NCBI GenBank assembly: GCA_964016885.1
Contig: OZ024744.1
Span: 56,234,001-56,298,000, forward strand
DNA length: 64,000 bases
Direction of reading: 5' to 3'
Origin: Eledone cirrhosa
Taxonomy: Eukaryota
The notes under the pieces were generated by a model, which saw only the letters and a list, made by a program, of their open reading frames with translations, was not told where the DNA came from and made no database searches. The first letter of the stretch is position 1. Every line of letters begins with the position of its first letter. Made by a program: the position numbers and the translations under genes. Positions 24,701 to 39,199 of the stretch are shown here, piece after piece.

Positions 24701-25694
24701 ATATAATATCATTAATATAATATGCTATAATATAATATAATATAATATAACATAATAAATATAATAAAATATGATATAATATAATATAATATAATATAAT
24801 ATAATATAATATAATATAATACATATAATAAATATAATAAATATAATATAATAAATATAATATAATATAATATAATATAATATAATAATTATAATAAATA
24901 TAATAAATATAATATAATATAATATAATATAATATAATATAATAAATATAAAATAATATAATATAATATAATATAATATAATATAATATAATAAAATATA
25001 AAATAATATAATATAGTATATATAATAAATATAATAAATATAATATAATATAATATAATATAATATAATAAATATAATATAATATAATAAATATAATATA
25101 ATAAATATAATAAATATAATAAAAATAAAATAATATAATATAATATAATATAAGATAATATATAATATAATATAATAAATATAATATAATATAATATAAT
25201 ATAATATAATAAATATAATATAATATAATATAATATAATATAATATAATATAAGAAATATAAGAAATATAAGAAAAATAAAATATAATATAATATAATAT
25301 AATATAATATAATATAACATAATATAATAAATATAATATAATATAATATAATATAATATAATAAATATAATGTATATAAGAAAAATAAAATAATATAATA
25401 TAATATAATATAATATAATATAACATAATATAATAAATATAATATAATATATTATAATATAATAAATATAATATAATATAATATAATATAATATTATATT
25501 ATATAATATAATATTATATAATATAATAAATATAATATAATATAATATAATATAATATAATATAATATAATATAATAAATATAATATAATATAATATAAT
25601 ATAATATAATATAATATAATAAATATAATAAATATAATAAATATAATATAATATAATATAATAAATATAATATAATAAATATAATATAATATAA

Positions 25695-25880
25695 ATAGTT
25701 TCTATTTTAGGCACAAAGCCAGCAAATACCCAGTATATTATTGGTACTTTATTTTATCGACCCCATAAGGAAGAAAGGCAAAGTTAACCGCGGCGTGATT
25801 TGAACTCAGTCTGTAAAGGGACGTAACTATGCTAGAAAGCATGGCGTCCGACCGTCTACCCGTACTGCCAATTCACCGCC
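25695..25880 (-). mobile_element. SINE S1 in array (variant group with GGCGTGATTT / CCGTCTACCC / AATTCACC)
   Basis: Full-length match with shared diagnostic changes. Confidence 0.92.
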
Positions 25881-26314
25881 AATATTATATTATATTATTA
25901 TATAATATAATACAATATAATATATTATAATATAATGTAATATAATATAATATAATATAATAAACATAATATAATATAATATAAAATAATATAATATAAT
26001 ATAATATAATATAATATAATATAATAAACATAATATAATATAATATAAAATAATATAATATAATATAATATACTATAATATATAACATAATACAATATAA
26101 TATAATAAATATAATATAATATAATATAATATAATATAATATAATATAATATAATATAATATAACATAATATAATATAATATAATATAATATAATATAAT
26201 ATAATATGATATAATATAATATAATAGAGTATAACATAATATAATAAATAAAATATAATATAATATAATAAATATAATAAATATAATATAATATAATGTA
26301 ATATAATATAATAT

Positions 26315-26408
26315 AATTGTTTCTACTTTAGGCACAAGGCCAGCAATTATCCAGTGCATTACTGGTACTTTATTTTATCGACCACGTAAGGATGAAAGGC
26401 AAGGTCAA
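26315..26408 (-). mobile_element. SINE S1, 5'-truncated
   Basis: Ends at GGCAAGGTCAA, the same breakpoint as 34589-34682. Confidence 0.9.
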
Positions 26409-26641
26409 ATAATATTATATAATAATATAATATAATATAATATATTATATAATATAATATAATAAATATAATAAATATAATATAATATAATATAATATAA
26501 TATAATATAATAAATATAAAATAATATAATATAATATAATATAATATAATATAATATAATATAATACAATATAATATAATATAATATAATATAATATAAT
26601 AAATATAATATAATATAATATAATAAATATAATATAATATA

Positions 26642-26829
26642 AATAGTTTCTACTTTAGGCACAAGGCCAGCAATTAACGAGTGTATTTACTGGAACTTTA
26701 TTTTATCGACCCCATCAGGAAGAAAGGCAAAGTTAACCTCGGCGTGATTTGAACTCAGACTGTAAAGGCACGTAACTATGCTAGAAAGCATGGTGTCCGA
26801 CCGTCTACCCATACTGCCAATTCACCGCC
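26642..26829 (-). mobile_element. SINE S1 in array (variant group)
   Basis: Full-length match. Confidence 0.92.
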
Positions 26830-27812
26830 AATATTATATTATAATATAATATAATACAATATAATATAATATAATAAATATAATAAATATAATATGATAT
26901 AATGTTATATAATATAATATAAAATAATATAATAAATATAATAAATATAATATAATATAATATAATATAATATAAAATAATATAATATAATATAATATAA
27001 TATAATGAATATAATAAATATAATATAATATAATATAATATAATAAACATAATATGATATAATTTAAAATAATATAATATAATATAATATAATATAATAT
27101 GATATAACATAATATAATATAATGTAATAAATATAATATAATATAATATAATATAATATAATAATTATAATAAATATAATATAATATAATATAATATAAT
27201 AAATATAATAAATATAATATAATATAATATAATAAATATAATATGATATAATAAATATAATATAATTAATATAATATATGCTATAATATAATAAAATATA
27301 ATATAATATAACATAATAAATATAATATAATATGATATAATATAATATAATATAATATAATATAATATAATATAATAAAATATAATATAACATAATATAA
27401 TATAATATAATATAATATAATATTATATTATATTATATAATATAATAAATATAATAAATATAATATAATATAATATGATATAATATATTAAATATAATAA
27501 TTATAATAAATATAATAAATGTAATATAATATAATATAATATAATATAATATAATATATTATAATATAACATAATATAATATAATATAATATAATATAAT
27601 ATAATATTAACTTATATAATATAATAAATATAATAAATATGATATAATATAATATAATATAATATAATATAATATAATATAATATAAGAAATATAAGAAA
27701 TATAAGAAAAATAAAATAATATAATATAATATAATATAATATAACATAATATAATAAATATAATATAATATAACATAATATAATATAATATAATATAATA
27801 AATATAATAAAT

Positions 27813-28075
27813 ATTATATTTTATTATATTATAGCATATATTATATTAATTATATTATATTTATTACATTATATTATATTTATTATATTATATTATATTA
27901 TATTTATTATATTTATTATATTATATTATATTATATTATATTATATTATATTATATTATATTTATTATAATTATTATATTATATTATATCATATTATATT
28001 ATATTATATTTATTATATTATATTATATTATGCTATATTATATTATATTATATTATATTATATTATTTTATATTA
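27813..28075 (-). repeat. Inverted satellite segment, (TATTA)n on +
   Basis: Strand switch. Variant markers (ATAGCAT, ATTACAT, TATCAT, TATGCTAT) are the reverse complement of ~30575-30840. Confidence 0.9.
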
Positions 28076-28145
28076 TATTATATTATAATATAATGTAATA
28101 TAATATAATAAAATATAATATAATATAATATAATATAATATAATA

Positions 28146-28297
28146 TATGATATGATATGATATGATATGATATGATATGATATGATATGATATGATATGA
28201 TATGATATGATATGATATGATATGATATGATATGATATGATATGATATGATATGATATGATATGATATGATATGATATGATATGATATGATATGATA
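28146..28297. repeat. (ATATG)n block
   Basis: Direct reading. Confidence 0.95.
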
Positions 28298-28539
28298 TAA
28301 TATAATAAATATAATAAATATAATAAATATAATATAATATAATATAATATAATATAATATAATATAATAAATATAAAATAATATAATATAATATAATATA
28401 ATATAATATAATATAATATAATATAATATAATATAATATAATATAATATAATATAATATAATATAATATAATATAATATAATATAATAAATATAATATAA
28501 TATAATAAATATAATATAATAAATATAATATAATATTAA

Positions 28540-28715
28540 TAGATTCTACTTTAGGCACGAGGCCACCAATTACCCAGTATATTATTGTACTTTATTTTAT
28601 CGAACCCATAAGGATGAGAGGCAAAGTTAACCTCGGCGTGATTTGATCTCAGACTATAAAGGGACGTAACTATGCATGGCATCCGACCGTCTACCCATAC
28701 TGCCAATTCACCGCC
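28540..28715 (-). mobile_element. SINE S1 in array (variant group, short internal deletion)
   Basis: AACTATGCATGGC deletion junction shared with 32775-32951. Confidence 0.92.
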
Positions 28716-31700
28716 AATATTATATTATATTATAATATAATATAATATAATATAATATAATGTAATAAATATAATAAATATAATATAATATAATATAATA
28801 TAATATAATATAATAAATATAAGAAATATAAGAAAAATAAAATAATATAATATAATATAATATAATATAATATAATATAACATAATATAATAAATATAAT
28901 ATAATATAATATAATATAATAAATATAATATAATATAATATAATATAATATAATATAATATAATATAATATAATATAATATAATATAATATAATATATTA
29001 TAATATAATATAATATAATATAATATAATAAACATAATATAATATAATATAAAATAATATAATATAATATAATATAATATAATATAACATAATATAATAT
29101 AATATAATATAATATAATATAATATAATATAATATAATATAATATAATATAATATAATATATTATAATATAATATAATATAATATAATATAATAAACATA
29201 ATATAATATAATATAAAATAATATAATATAATATAATATAATATAATATAACATAATATAATATAATATAATATAATATAATATAATATAATATAATATA
29301 ATATAATATAATATATTATATAATATAATAAATATAATAAATATAATATAATATAATATAATATAATATATAATATAATACAATAAATATAATATAATAT
29401 AATATAATATAATATAATAAATATAATATAATATAATGTTATATAATATAATATAATATAATATAATAAATATAATATAATATAATATAACATAATATAA
29501 TAAATATAATAAAATATAACAAATATAATATAATATAATATAATATAATATAATATAATATAATATAATAAATATAATAAATATAATATAATATAATGTG
29601 ATATAATATAATATAATATAATATAATATAATATAATATGATATGATATAATATAATATAATATAATATAATATAATATAATATAATATAATATAATATA
29701 ATATAATATAATATGATATGATATGATATGATATGATATGATATGATATAATATATAATATAATATAATATAATATAATATAATATAATATAATATAATA
29801 TAATATAATATAATATAATATAGTATAATATAATATAATATAATATAATAAATATAATATAATATAATATAATATAATAAAATATAATATAATATAATAT
29901 AATAAATATAATATAATATAATATAATATAATATAATATAATATAATATAATAATTATAATATAATTAATATAATATATGCTATAATATAATATAATATA
30001 ATATAATATAATATAATATAATATAATATAATATAATATAATAAATATAATATAATATAATATAATAAAATATAATATAATATAATATAATAAATATAAT
30101 ATAATATAATATAATATAATATAATATAATATAATATAACATAATATAATATAATATAATATAATATAATATTAAATTATATAATATAATAAATATAATA
30201 AATATAATATAATATAATATAATATAGTATAAGATAATATATAATATAATATAATAAATATAATATAATATAATATAATATAATAAATATAATATAATAT
30301 AATATAATATAATATAATATAATATAATATAACATAATATAATAAATAAAATATAATATAATATAATATAATATAATATAAGAAATATAAGAAATATAAG
30401 AAAAATAAAATAATATAATATAATATAATATAATATAATATAATATAACATAATATAATAAATATAATATAATATAATATAATATTATAAATATAATATA
30501 ATATAATATGATATAATATAATATAATATATTATAATATAATATAATATAATATAATAAACAAAATATAATATAATATAAAATAATATAATATAATATAA
30601 TATAATATAATATAGCATAATATAATATAATATAATAAATATAATATAATATAATATGATATAATATAATATAATAATTATAATAAATATAATATAATAT
30701 AATATAATATAATATAATATAATATAATATAATAAATATAATAAATATAATATAATATAATATAATAAATATAATATAATGTAATAAATATAATATAATT
30801 AATATAATATATGCTATAATATAATAAAATATAATATAATATAACATAATAAATATAATATAATATGATATAATATAATATAATATAATATAATATAATA
30901 TAATATAATAAAATATAATATAACATAATATAATATAATATAATATAATCTAATATAATATTATATTATATAATTTAATAAATATAATAAATATAATATA
31001 ATATAATATAATATAATAAATATAATAAACATAATAGAATATAATGTAATATAATATAATATAATATAATATAATATAATATGAAATAATATAATATAAT
31101 ATAATATAATATAATATAATAAATATAATATAATATAATATAATATAATATAATATAATATAATATAATATAATATAATATAATATAATAAATATAATAT
31201 AATATAATATAATATAATATAATATAATATAATAAATATAATATAATATAATATAATATAATATAATATAATATAATATAATATAATATAATAAATATAA
31301 TATAATATGATATAATATAATATAATATAATATGATATAATATATTAAATATAATAATTATAATAAATATAATAAATGTAATATAATATAATATAATATA
31401 ATATAATATATTATAATATAACATAATATAATATGATATAATATAATATAATATAATATAATATTAACTTATATAATATAATAAATATAATAAATATAAT
31501 ATAATATAATATAATATAATATTAGATAATATATAATATGATATAATAAATATAATATAATATAATATAATATAATATAATATGATAAATATAATATAAT
31601 ATAATATAATATAATATAATATAATATAATAAATATAATAAATATAAGAAAAATAAAATAATATAATATAATATAATATAATATAACATAATATAATAAA

Positions 31701-31775
31701 TATAATATAATATAACATAATATAATATAATATAATATAATATAATATAATAAATATAATATATATAATATAATA

Positions 31776-32520
31776 TAATGTAATGTAATGTAATGTAATG
31801 TAATATAATATAATATGATATGATATGATATGATATGATATGATATGATATGGTATGGTATGGTATGGTATGGTATGGTATGGTATGGTATGGTATGGTA
31901 TGGTATGGTATGGTATGGTATGGTATGGTATGGTATGGTATGGTACGGTACGGTACGGTATGGTATGGTATGGTATGGTATGGTATGGTATGGTATGGTA
32001 TGGTATGGTATGGTATGGTATGGTATGGTATGGTATGGTATGGTATGATATGATATGATATGATATGATATGATATGATATGATATGATATGATATGATA
32101 TGATATGATATGATATGATATGATATGATATGATATGATATGATATGATATGATATGATATCATATCATATCATATCATATCATATGATATGATATCATA
32201 TGATATGATATGATATGATATGATATGATATGATATGATATGATATGATATGATATGATATGATATGATATGATATGATATGATATGATATGATATGATA
32301 TGATATGATATGATATGATATGATATGATATGATATGATATGATATGATATGATATGATATGATATGATATGATAAGATAAGATATGATATGATATGATA
32401 TGATATGATATGATATGATATGATATGATATGATATGATATGATATGATATGATATGATATGATATGATATGATATGATATGATATGTATGATATGATAT
32501 GATATGATATGATATGATAT
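31776..32520. repeat. Nested (TAATG)/(ATATG)/(GTATG)/(GTACG)/(ATATC) pentamer blocks
   Basis: Direct reading. Confidence 0.95.
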
Positions 32521-32774
32521 AATAAATATAATAAATATAATAAATATAATATAATATAATATAATATAATATAATATAATATAATAAATATAATATAATA
32601 TAATAAATATAAAATAATATAATATAATATAATATAATATAATATAATATAATATAATATAATATAATATAATATAATATAATATAATATAATATAATAT
32701 AATATAATATAATATAATATAATAAATATAATATAATATAATAAATATAATATAATAAATATAATATAATATAA

Positions 32775-32951
32775 ATAGTTTCTACTTTAGGCACGAGGCC
32801 AGCAATTACACAGTATATTATTGTACTTTATTTAATCGAACCCATAAGGAAGAGAGGCAAAGTTAACCTCGGCGTGATTTGATCTCAGACTGTAAAGGGA
32901 CGTAACTATGCATGGCGTCTGACCGTCTACCCATACTGCCAATTCACCGCC
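32775..32951 (-). mobile_element. SINE S1 in array (variant group, short internal deletion)
   Basis: Paralogue of 28540-28715. Confidence 0.92.
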
Positions 32952-34466
32952 AATATTATATCATATTATAATATAATATAATATAATATAATGTAATAAA
33001 TATAATAAATATAATATAATATAATGTAATATAATATAATATAATATAATATAATATGATAAATATAATAAATATAATATAATATAATATAATATAATAT
33101 AATATAACAAATATAATGTAATATAATATAATATAATATAATAAATATAAAATAATATAATATAATATAATATAATATAATATAATATAATATAATATAA
33201 AATTATATAATAAATATAATATAATAAATATAATATAATAAATATAATATAATATAATAAAATATAATAAATATAATATAATATAATATAATATAATATA
33301 ATATAATGAATATAATAAATATAATATAATATTATATAATATAATATAATATAATATAATATAATATAATATAATATAATAATTATAATATAATATAATA
33401 TAATAAATATAATATAATATAATATATTATAATATAATATAATATAATATAATATAATATAATATAATATAATACATATAATAAATATAATAAATATAAT
33501 ATCATAAATATAATATAATATAATATAATATAATATAATATAATATAATATAATAAATATAATAAATATAATATAATATAATATAGTATAATGTAATATA
33601 ATAAATATAATATAATATAATATAATATAATAAATATAATATAATATAATATAATATATTATAATATAATATAATATAATATAATATAATATAATATAAT
33701 ATAATAAATATAATATAATTTAATATAATATAATATAATATTATATTATATAATATAATATAATATAATATATTAAAATATAATATAATATAATATAATA
33801 TAATATAATATAATACATATAATAAATATAATAAATATAATATAATAAATATAATAAATATAATATAATATGATATAATATAATATAATATAATATAATA
33901 TAATATAATATAATATATTATAATAAATATACTATAATATAATATAATATAATATAATAAATATAATAAATATAATAAAAATAAAATAATATAATATAAT
34001 ATAATATAATATAATATAATATAATATAATATAATATAACATAAAAATATAATATAATATAATATAATGTAATATAATATAATATAATAAATATAATATA
34101 ATAAATATAATATAATATAATATAATATAAAATAATATAATATAATATAATAATTGTAATATAATATAATATAATATAATATAAAATAATATAATATAAT
34201 ATAATATATTATAATATAATATAATATAATATAATATATAATAAACATAATATAATATAATATAATATAATATAATATAATATAATATAATATAATATAA
34301 TATAATATAATATAATATAACATAATAAAATATAATATAATAAATATAATATAATATAATATAATATAATATAATAAATATAATATAATATAATATAATA
34401 TAATATAATATAATATAATATAATATAATATAATATAATATAATAAATATAATATGATATAATATA

Positions 34467-34682
34467 ATTGTTTCTACTTTTGGCACATATAATATAATAT
34501 AATATAATATAATATAATATTATATTATATTATATAATATAATAAATATAATAAATATAATATAATATAATATAATATAATATAAAATAATTCTTTCTAC
34601 TTTAGGCACAAGGCCAGCAATTAACCAGTGCATTACTGGTACTTTATTTTATCGACCCCGTAAGGATGAAAGGCAAAGTCAA
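34467..34682 (-). mobile_element. Two truncated SINE S1 pieces (34467-34487 stub; 34589-34682)
   Basis: 3' terminal segments of S1 separated by satellite. Confidence 0.85.
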
Positions 34683-35814
34683 TAATATAAAATAATATAA
34701 TATAATATAATATAATATAATACATATAATAAATATAATAAATATAATATAATAAATATAATATAATATGATATAATATAATATAATATAATATAATATA
34801 ATAAATATAATATAATATAATATAATATACTATAATATAATAAATATACTATAATATAATATAATATAATAAATATAATAAATATAATAAAAATAATATA
34901 ATATAATATAATATAATAAACATAATATAATATAATATAATATAATATAATATAATATAATATAATATAATATAATATAACATAATTTAATATAATATAA
35001 TTAATATAATATAATATAATATAATATAATATAATAATTATAATAAATATATAATACAATATAATATAATATAATATAATATAATATATATAATAAATAT
35101 AATATAATATAATATAATATAATATAAAATATAATAAATATAATATAATATAATATAATATAATAAATATAATATAATATAATATGATATAATATAATAT
35201 AATATAATACATATAATAAATATAATAAATATAATATAAAAATATAATATAATATAATATGATATAATATAATATAATATAATATAATAAATATAATATA
35301 ATATAATATAATACAATAGGATATAATATATTAAATATAATAATTATAATAAATATAATAAATATATAATATAATATAATATAATGTAATATAATATAAT
35401 ATACTATAATATAATATACTATAATATAATATAACAAATATAATATAATATAATATAATATAATATAATATAATAAATATAATAAATATAATATAAATAA
35501 AATAATATAATATAATATAATATAATATATATAATATAATATAATAAATATAATATAATATAATATAATGTAATATAATATAATATAATAAATATAATAA
35601 ATATAATATAATATTATATAATATAATATTATATTATATAATATAATAAATATAATAAATATAATATAATATAATATAATATAATATAATATAATATAAT
35701 ATAATATAATATAATATAATATAATAAATATAATATAATCTAATATAATATAATATAATATAATATAATATAATATAATATAATATAATATAATATAATA
35801 TAATATGTTATAAT

Positions 35815-37143
35815 ACAATTGCAAGAGAGGTTCTTAGAAAAGAATAAGCCACTATACTTAGCCTTTGTTGACCTAGAGAAGGCCTTTGATTGGGTACCCC
35901 GATCTGTCATCTGGTGGTCCCTAAGGAAGCTAGGTGTTGAGCAATGTCTTGTGAGGACAGTGCAAACTTTGTACAGTGGTACTTTCAATAAAGTCAGGGT
36001 AGGAATGGAGTTTAGTGAGGAATTCCAGATACAAGAAGGAGTACATCAAGTTTCGGACCTCAGCCCGCTCTTGTTCATTATAGTCCTCCAAGCCATAACA
36101 GAGGAGCTTAAGACTGGCTGTCCATGGGAACTTCTCTATGCTGACGATCTGGTTCTTATAGCAGAATCAGTAGAGGAGCTAGAGAATAAAATCTGGCTAT
36201 AGAAACAGCAGTTGGAAGCAAGAGGACTGAGAGTGAACCTAGCTAAGACAAAAGTGTTGATGAGTAGAAAAGAGGACAAAACCCTGATTCCGTCAGGGAA
36301 ATGGCCATGTTCGATATGCAGAAATGGAACTGGCATAAATTCTATAAAATGCACACAATGCAGATCCTGGGTACACAAGAGATGTAGCGGGATAGCAGGC
36401 AAACTAACAGGTAGGGAGAAATATGTATGCAGTAGATGTACAGGGAAATTAGACAGTAGAAGTGGCTTAGATAGACACATTTTTCAAATGCAGGAGGGCG
36501 CTATAGAAGTGGCAGATATCTTCCGGTACATGGGAGATCAGATTAGTATGGGAGGAGGGTGTTCCGAGGCCATAGTATTTAGAATAAAGATGGGTTGGAA
36601 GAAGTTTAGGGAGCTGCTTCCTCTGTTGACGAAGAAGGGTTTCTCCCTGCGTACGAAAGGCCGGTTGTATGATGCCTGTGTGAGGAGCGCGATGCTGCAT
36701 GGTAGTGAGAGATGGACCGCAACTGCAGAGGATATGCGACGGCTGAAGAGAAATGAGGCAAGCATGCTCCGTTGGATGTGCAGTGGAAATGTGCATGAAC
36801 GACCCAGCATAAATGTGTTGAGAGAGAAACTGTGTCTGAGAGGGATAGAATGTAGTGTACAGGAGAGGAGACTGAGGTGGTATGGACATGTGATGCGCAT
36901 GGAGGATAACCGATGGGTGAAGAAGTGCCAGGAATTGCCAGTTGAAGGAAGACATGGTAGAGGTAGACCACGAAAAACATGGGCGGAGGTGGAGAAAACA
37001 GACCTCAGATCATTGAAGCTCACGGTGGAGATGACGAGGGACTGTGACGAGTGGAGAGATGCTGTGCTGAATAAGACCCATCCCACCCTTGCAAGCAGGG
37101 AAAAGCGGACGTAAAATGATGATGATGATGATGATGATGATGA
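35815..37143 (+). mobile_element. RTE-clade LINE family A, 5'-truncated RT pseudogene with PHD-type finger
   Basis: FVDLEKAFD, GVHQ..LSPLLF, LYADD, GLRVNLAKT, C4HC3 motif, RRLRWYGHV, GRPRKTW. One in-frame stop at ~36200. (GAT)n tail directly after the stop codon. Confidence 0.95.
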
Positions 37144-37243
37144 ATATAATATAATATAATATAATATAATATAATATATTAAAATATAATATAATATAAT
37201 ATAATATAATATATTAAAATATAATATAATATAATATAATATG

Positions 37244-37430
37244 ATTATTTCTACTTTAGGCACAAATCCAGCAATTAACCAGTGCATTACTGGTACTTTA
37301 TTTTATCGACCCCGTAAGGATGAAAGGCAAAGACAACCTCGGCGGGATTTGAACTCAGATCGTAAAGGGACGTAACTATATTGGAAAGCATGGCGTCCGA
37401 CCCTCTACCGATACTGCCAATCCACCGCCC
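37244..37430 (-). mobile_element. SINE S1 in array
   Basis: Full-length match. Confidence 0.92.
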
Positions 37431-37517
37431 TTATAATATAATATAATATAATATATTAAATTATAATATAATAAATATAATATAATATAATATAATATAA
37501 TATAATATAATATAATG

Positions 37518-38067
37518 TCATCATCATCATCATCATCACCGTTTTACGTCCGTTCTTCCACGTTAGCATGGGTTAGACGGGTTGTCCTGTTGTGGGCAGT
37601 GTCTGGTCGGCTGACCATGCCTTGCTCATACAGGAACTGATTTGGCTTGATTTCTACAGCTGGATGCCCTTTCTAACACCAACCTCATTTACAGTGAGTG
37701 CTGGGTGCTTTTTCCTGGCGCCTACACGTCCACTTTACAGTGTGGGCTGGGTGCTTTTTTTGCCGTGGCACCTCCACGACCACCTTGCGGTGGGGGGTGT
37801 GGGGGCATATTGTCTATATGCTTCAGCTTGTACCCATGGGAGGTCAGGTACTCTGTATTACTGCGTGACGCCAGAAGTCACGGTCGTGTGTCATTGTCTT
37901 TGAGAGGTGTAATTGGGTAAGGTCAGCTTTTATCACCTCATCCCAGGTCATCTTGGGTCTCCCCACTCCGCGGTTTCCATCAACTTCTAGTGCTCTGCAC
38001 CTTTTTATGCAGCTGTCATCCTTCATACGCATCACATGTCCATACCAGCGCAACCGCCTCTCCTGCA
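37518..38067 (-). mobile_element. RTE-clade LINE family B, 3' fragment
   Basis: QERRLRWYGHVMRMKDDSCIKRC..GRPKMTW, 3' UTR and (GAT)n tail. Confidence 0.9.
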
Positions 38068-38095
38068 ATAAATATAATGTAATATAATATAATAT

Positions 38096-38282
38096 AATTA
38101 TTTCTAATTTAGCACAAAACCAGCAATTACCCTGTGCATTACCAGTACTTTATTTTATCGACCCCGTAAGGATGAATGGCAAAGTAAACCTCGGTGGATT
38201 TTGAATTCGGACCGTAAAGGGACGTAACTATGCTGGCAAGCATGGCGTCCGACTCTCTACCCATACTGCCAATCAACCACCA
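38096..38282 (-). mobile_element. SINE S1 in array
   Basis: Full length, more diverged. Confidence 0.9.
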
Positions 38283-39199
38283 CTATAATATAATATAATA
38301 TAATATAATATAATATAATAAATATAATAAATATAATATAATAGAATATAATATAATATAATATAATATAATATAATATAATATAATATAATATAATATA
38401 ATAAATATAATAAATATAATATAATAGAATATAATATAATATAATATAATATAATATAATATAATATAATATAATATAATATAATAAATATAATAAATAT
38501 AATATAATAGAATATAATATAATAAATATAATATAATAAATATAATATAATATAATATAGTATAACATAATATAATATAATATAATATAATATAATATAA
38601 TATAATATAATATAATATAATATAATATAATAAATATAATAAATATAATATAATAGAATATAATATAATAAATATAATATAATAAATATAATATAATATA
38701 ATATAGTATAACATAATATAATATAATATAATATAATATAATATAATATAATATAATAAATATAATATAATATAATAAATATAATATAATATAATATAAT
38801 ATAATATAATATAAATATAATATAATATAATATAATATAATATAATATAATATAATATATTATAATATAATATCATATAATATAATATAATATAATATGT
38901 TAATATAATAAATATATAATATAACATAATATAATATAATAAATATAATATAATATAATATAATATAATAAATATAATATAATATAATATAATATAATAT
39001 AATATAATATAATATAATATAATATATAATGTATAATATAATATAATATAATATATTATAATATAATATAATAAATATAATATAATATAATAAATATAAT
39101 ATAATATAATATAATATAATATAATATAATATAAATATAATATAATATAATATAATATAATATAATATAATATATTATAATATAATATAATATAACATA

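Noticed and set aside
31845-32058. Three overlapping MVWYG-repeat ORFs
   Set aside because: Translation of (GTATG)n in all three frames.
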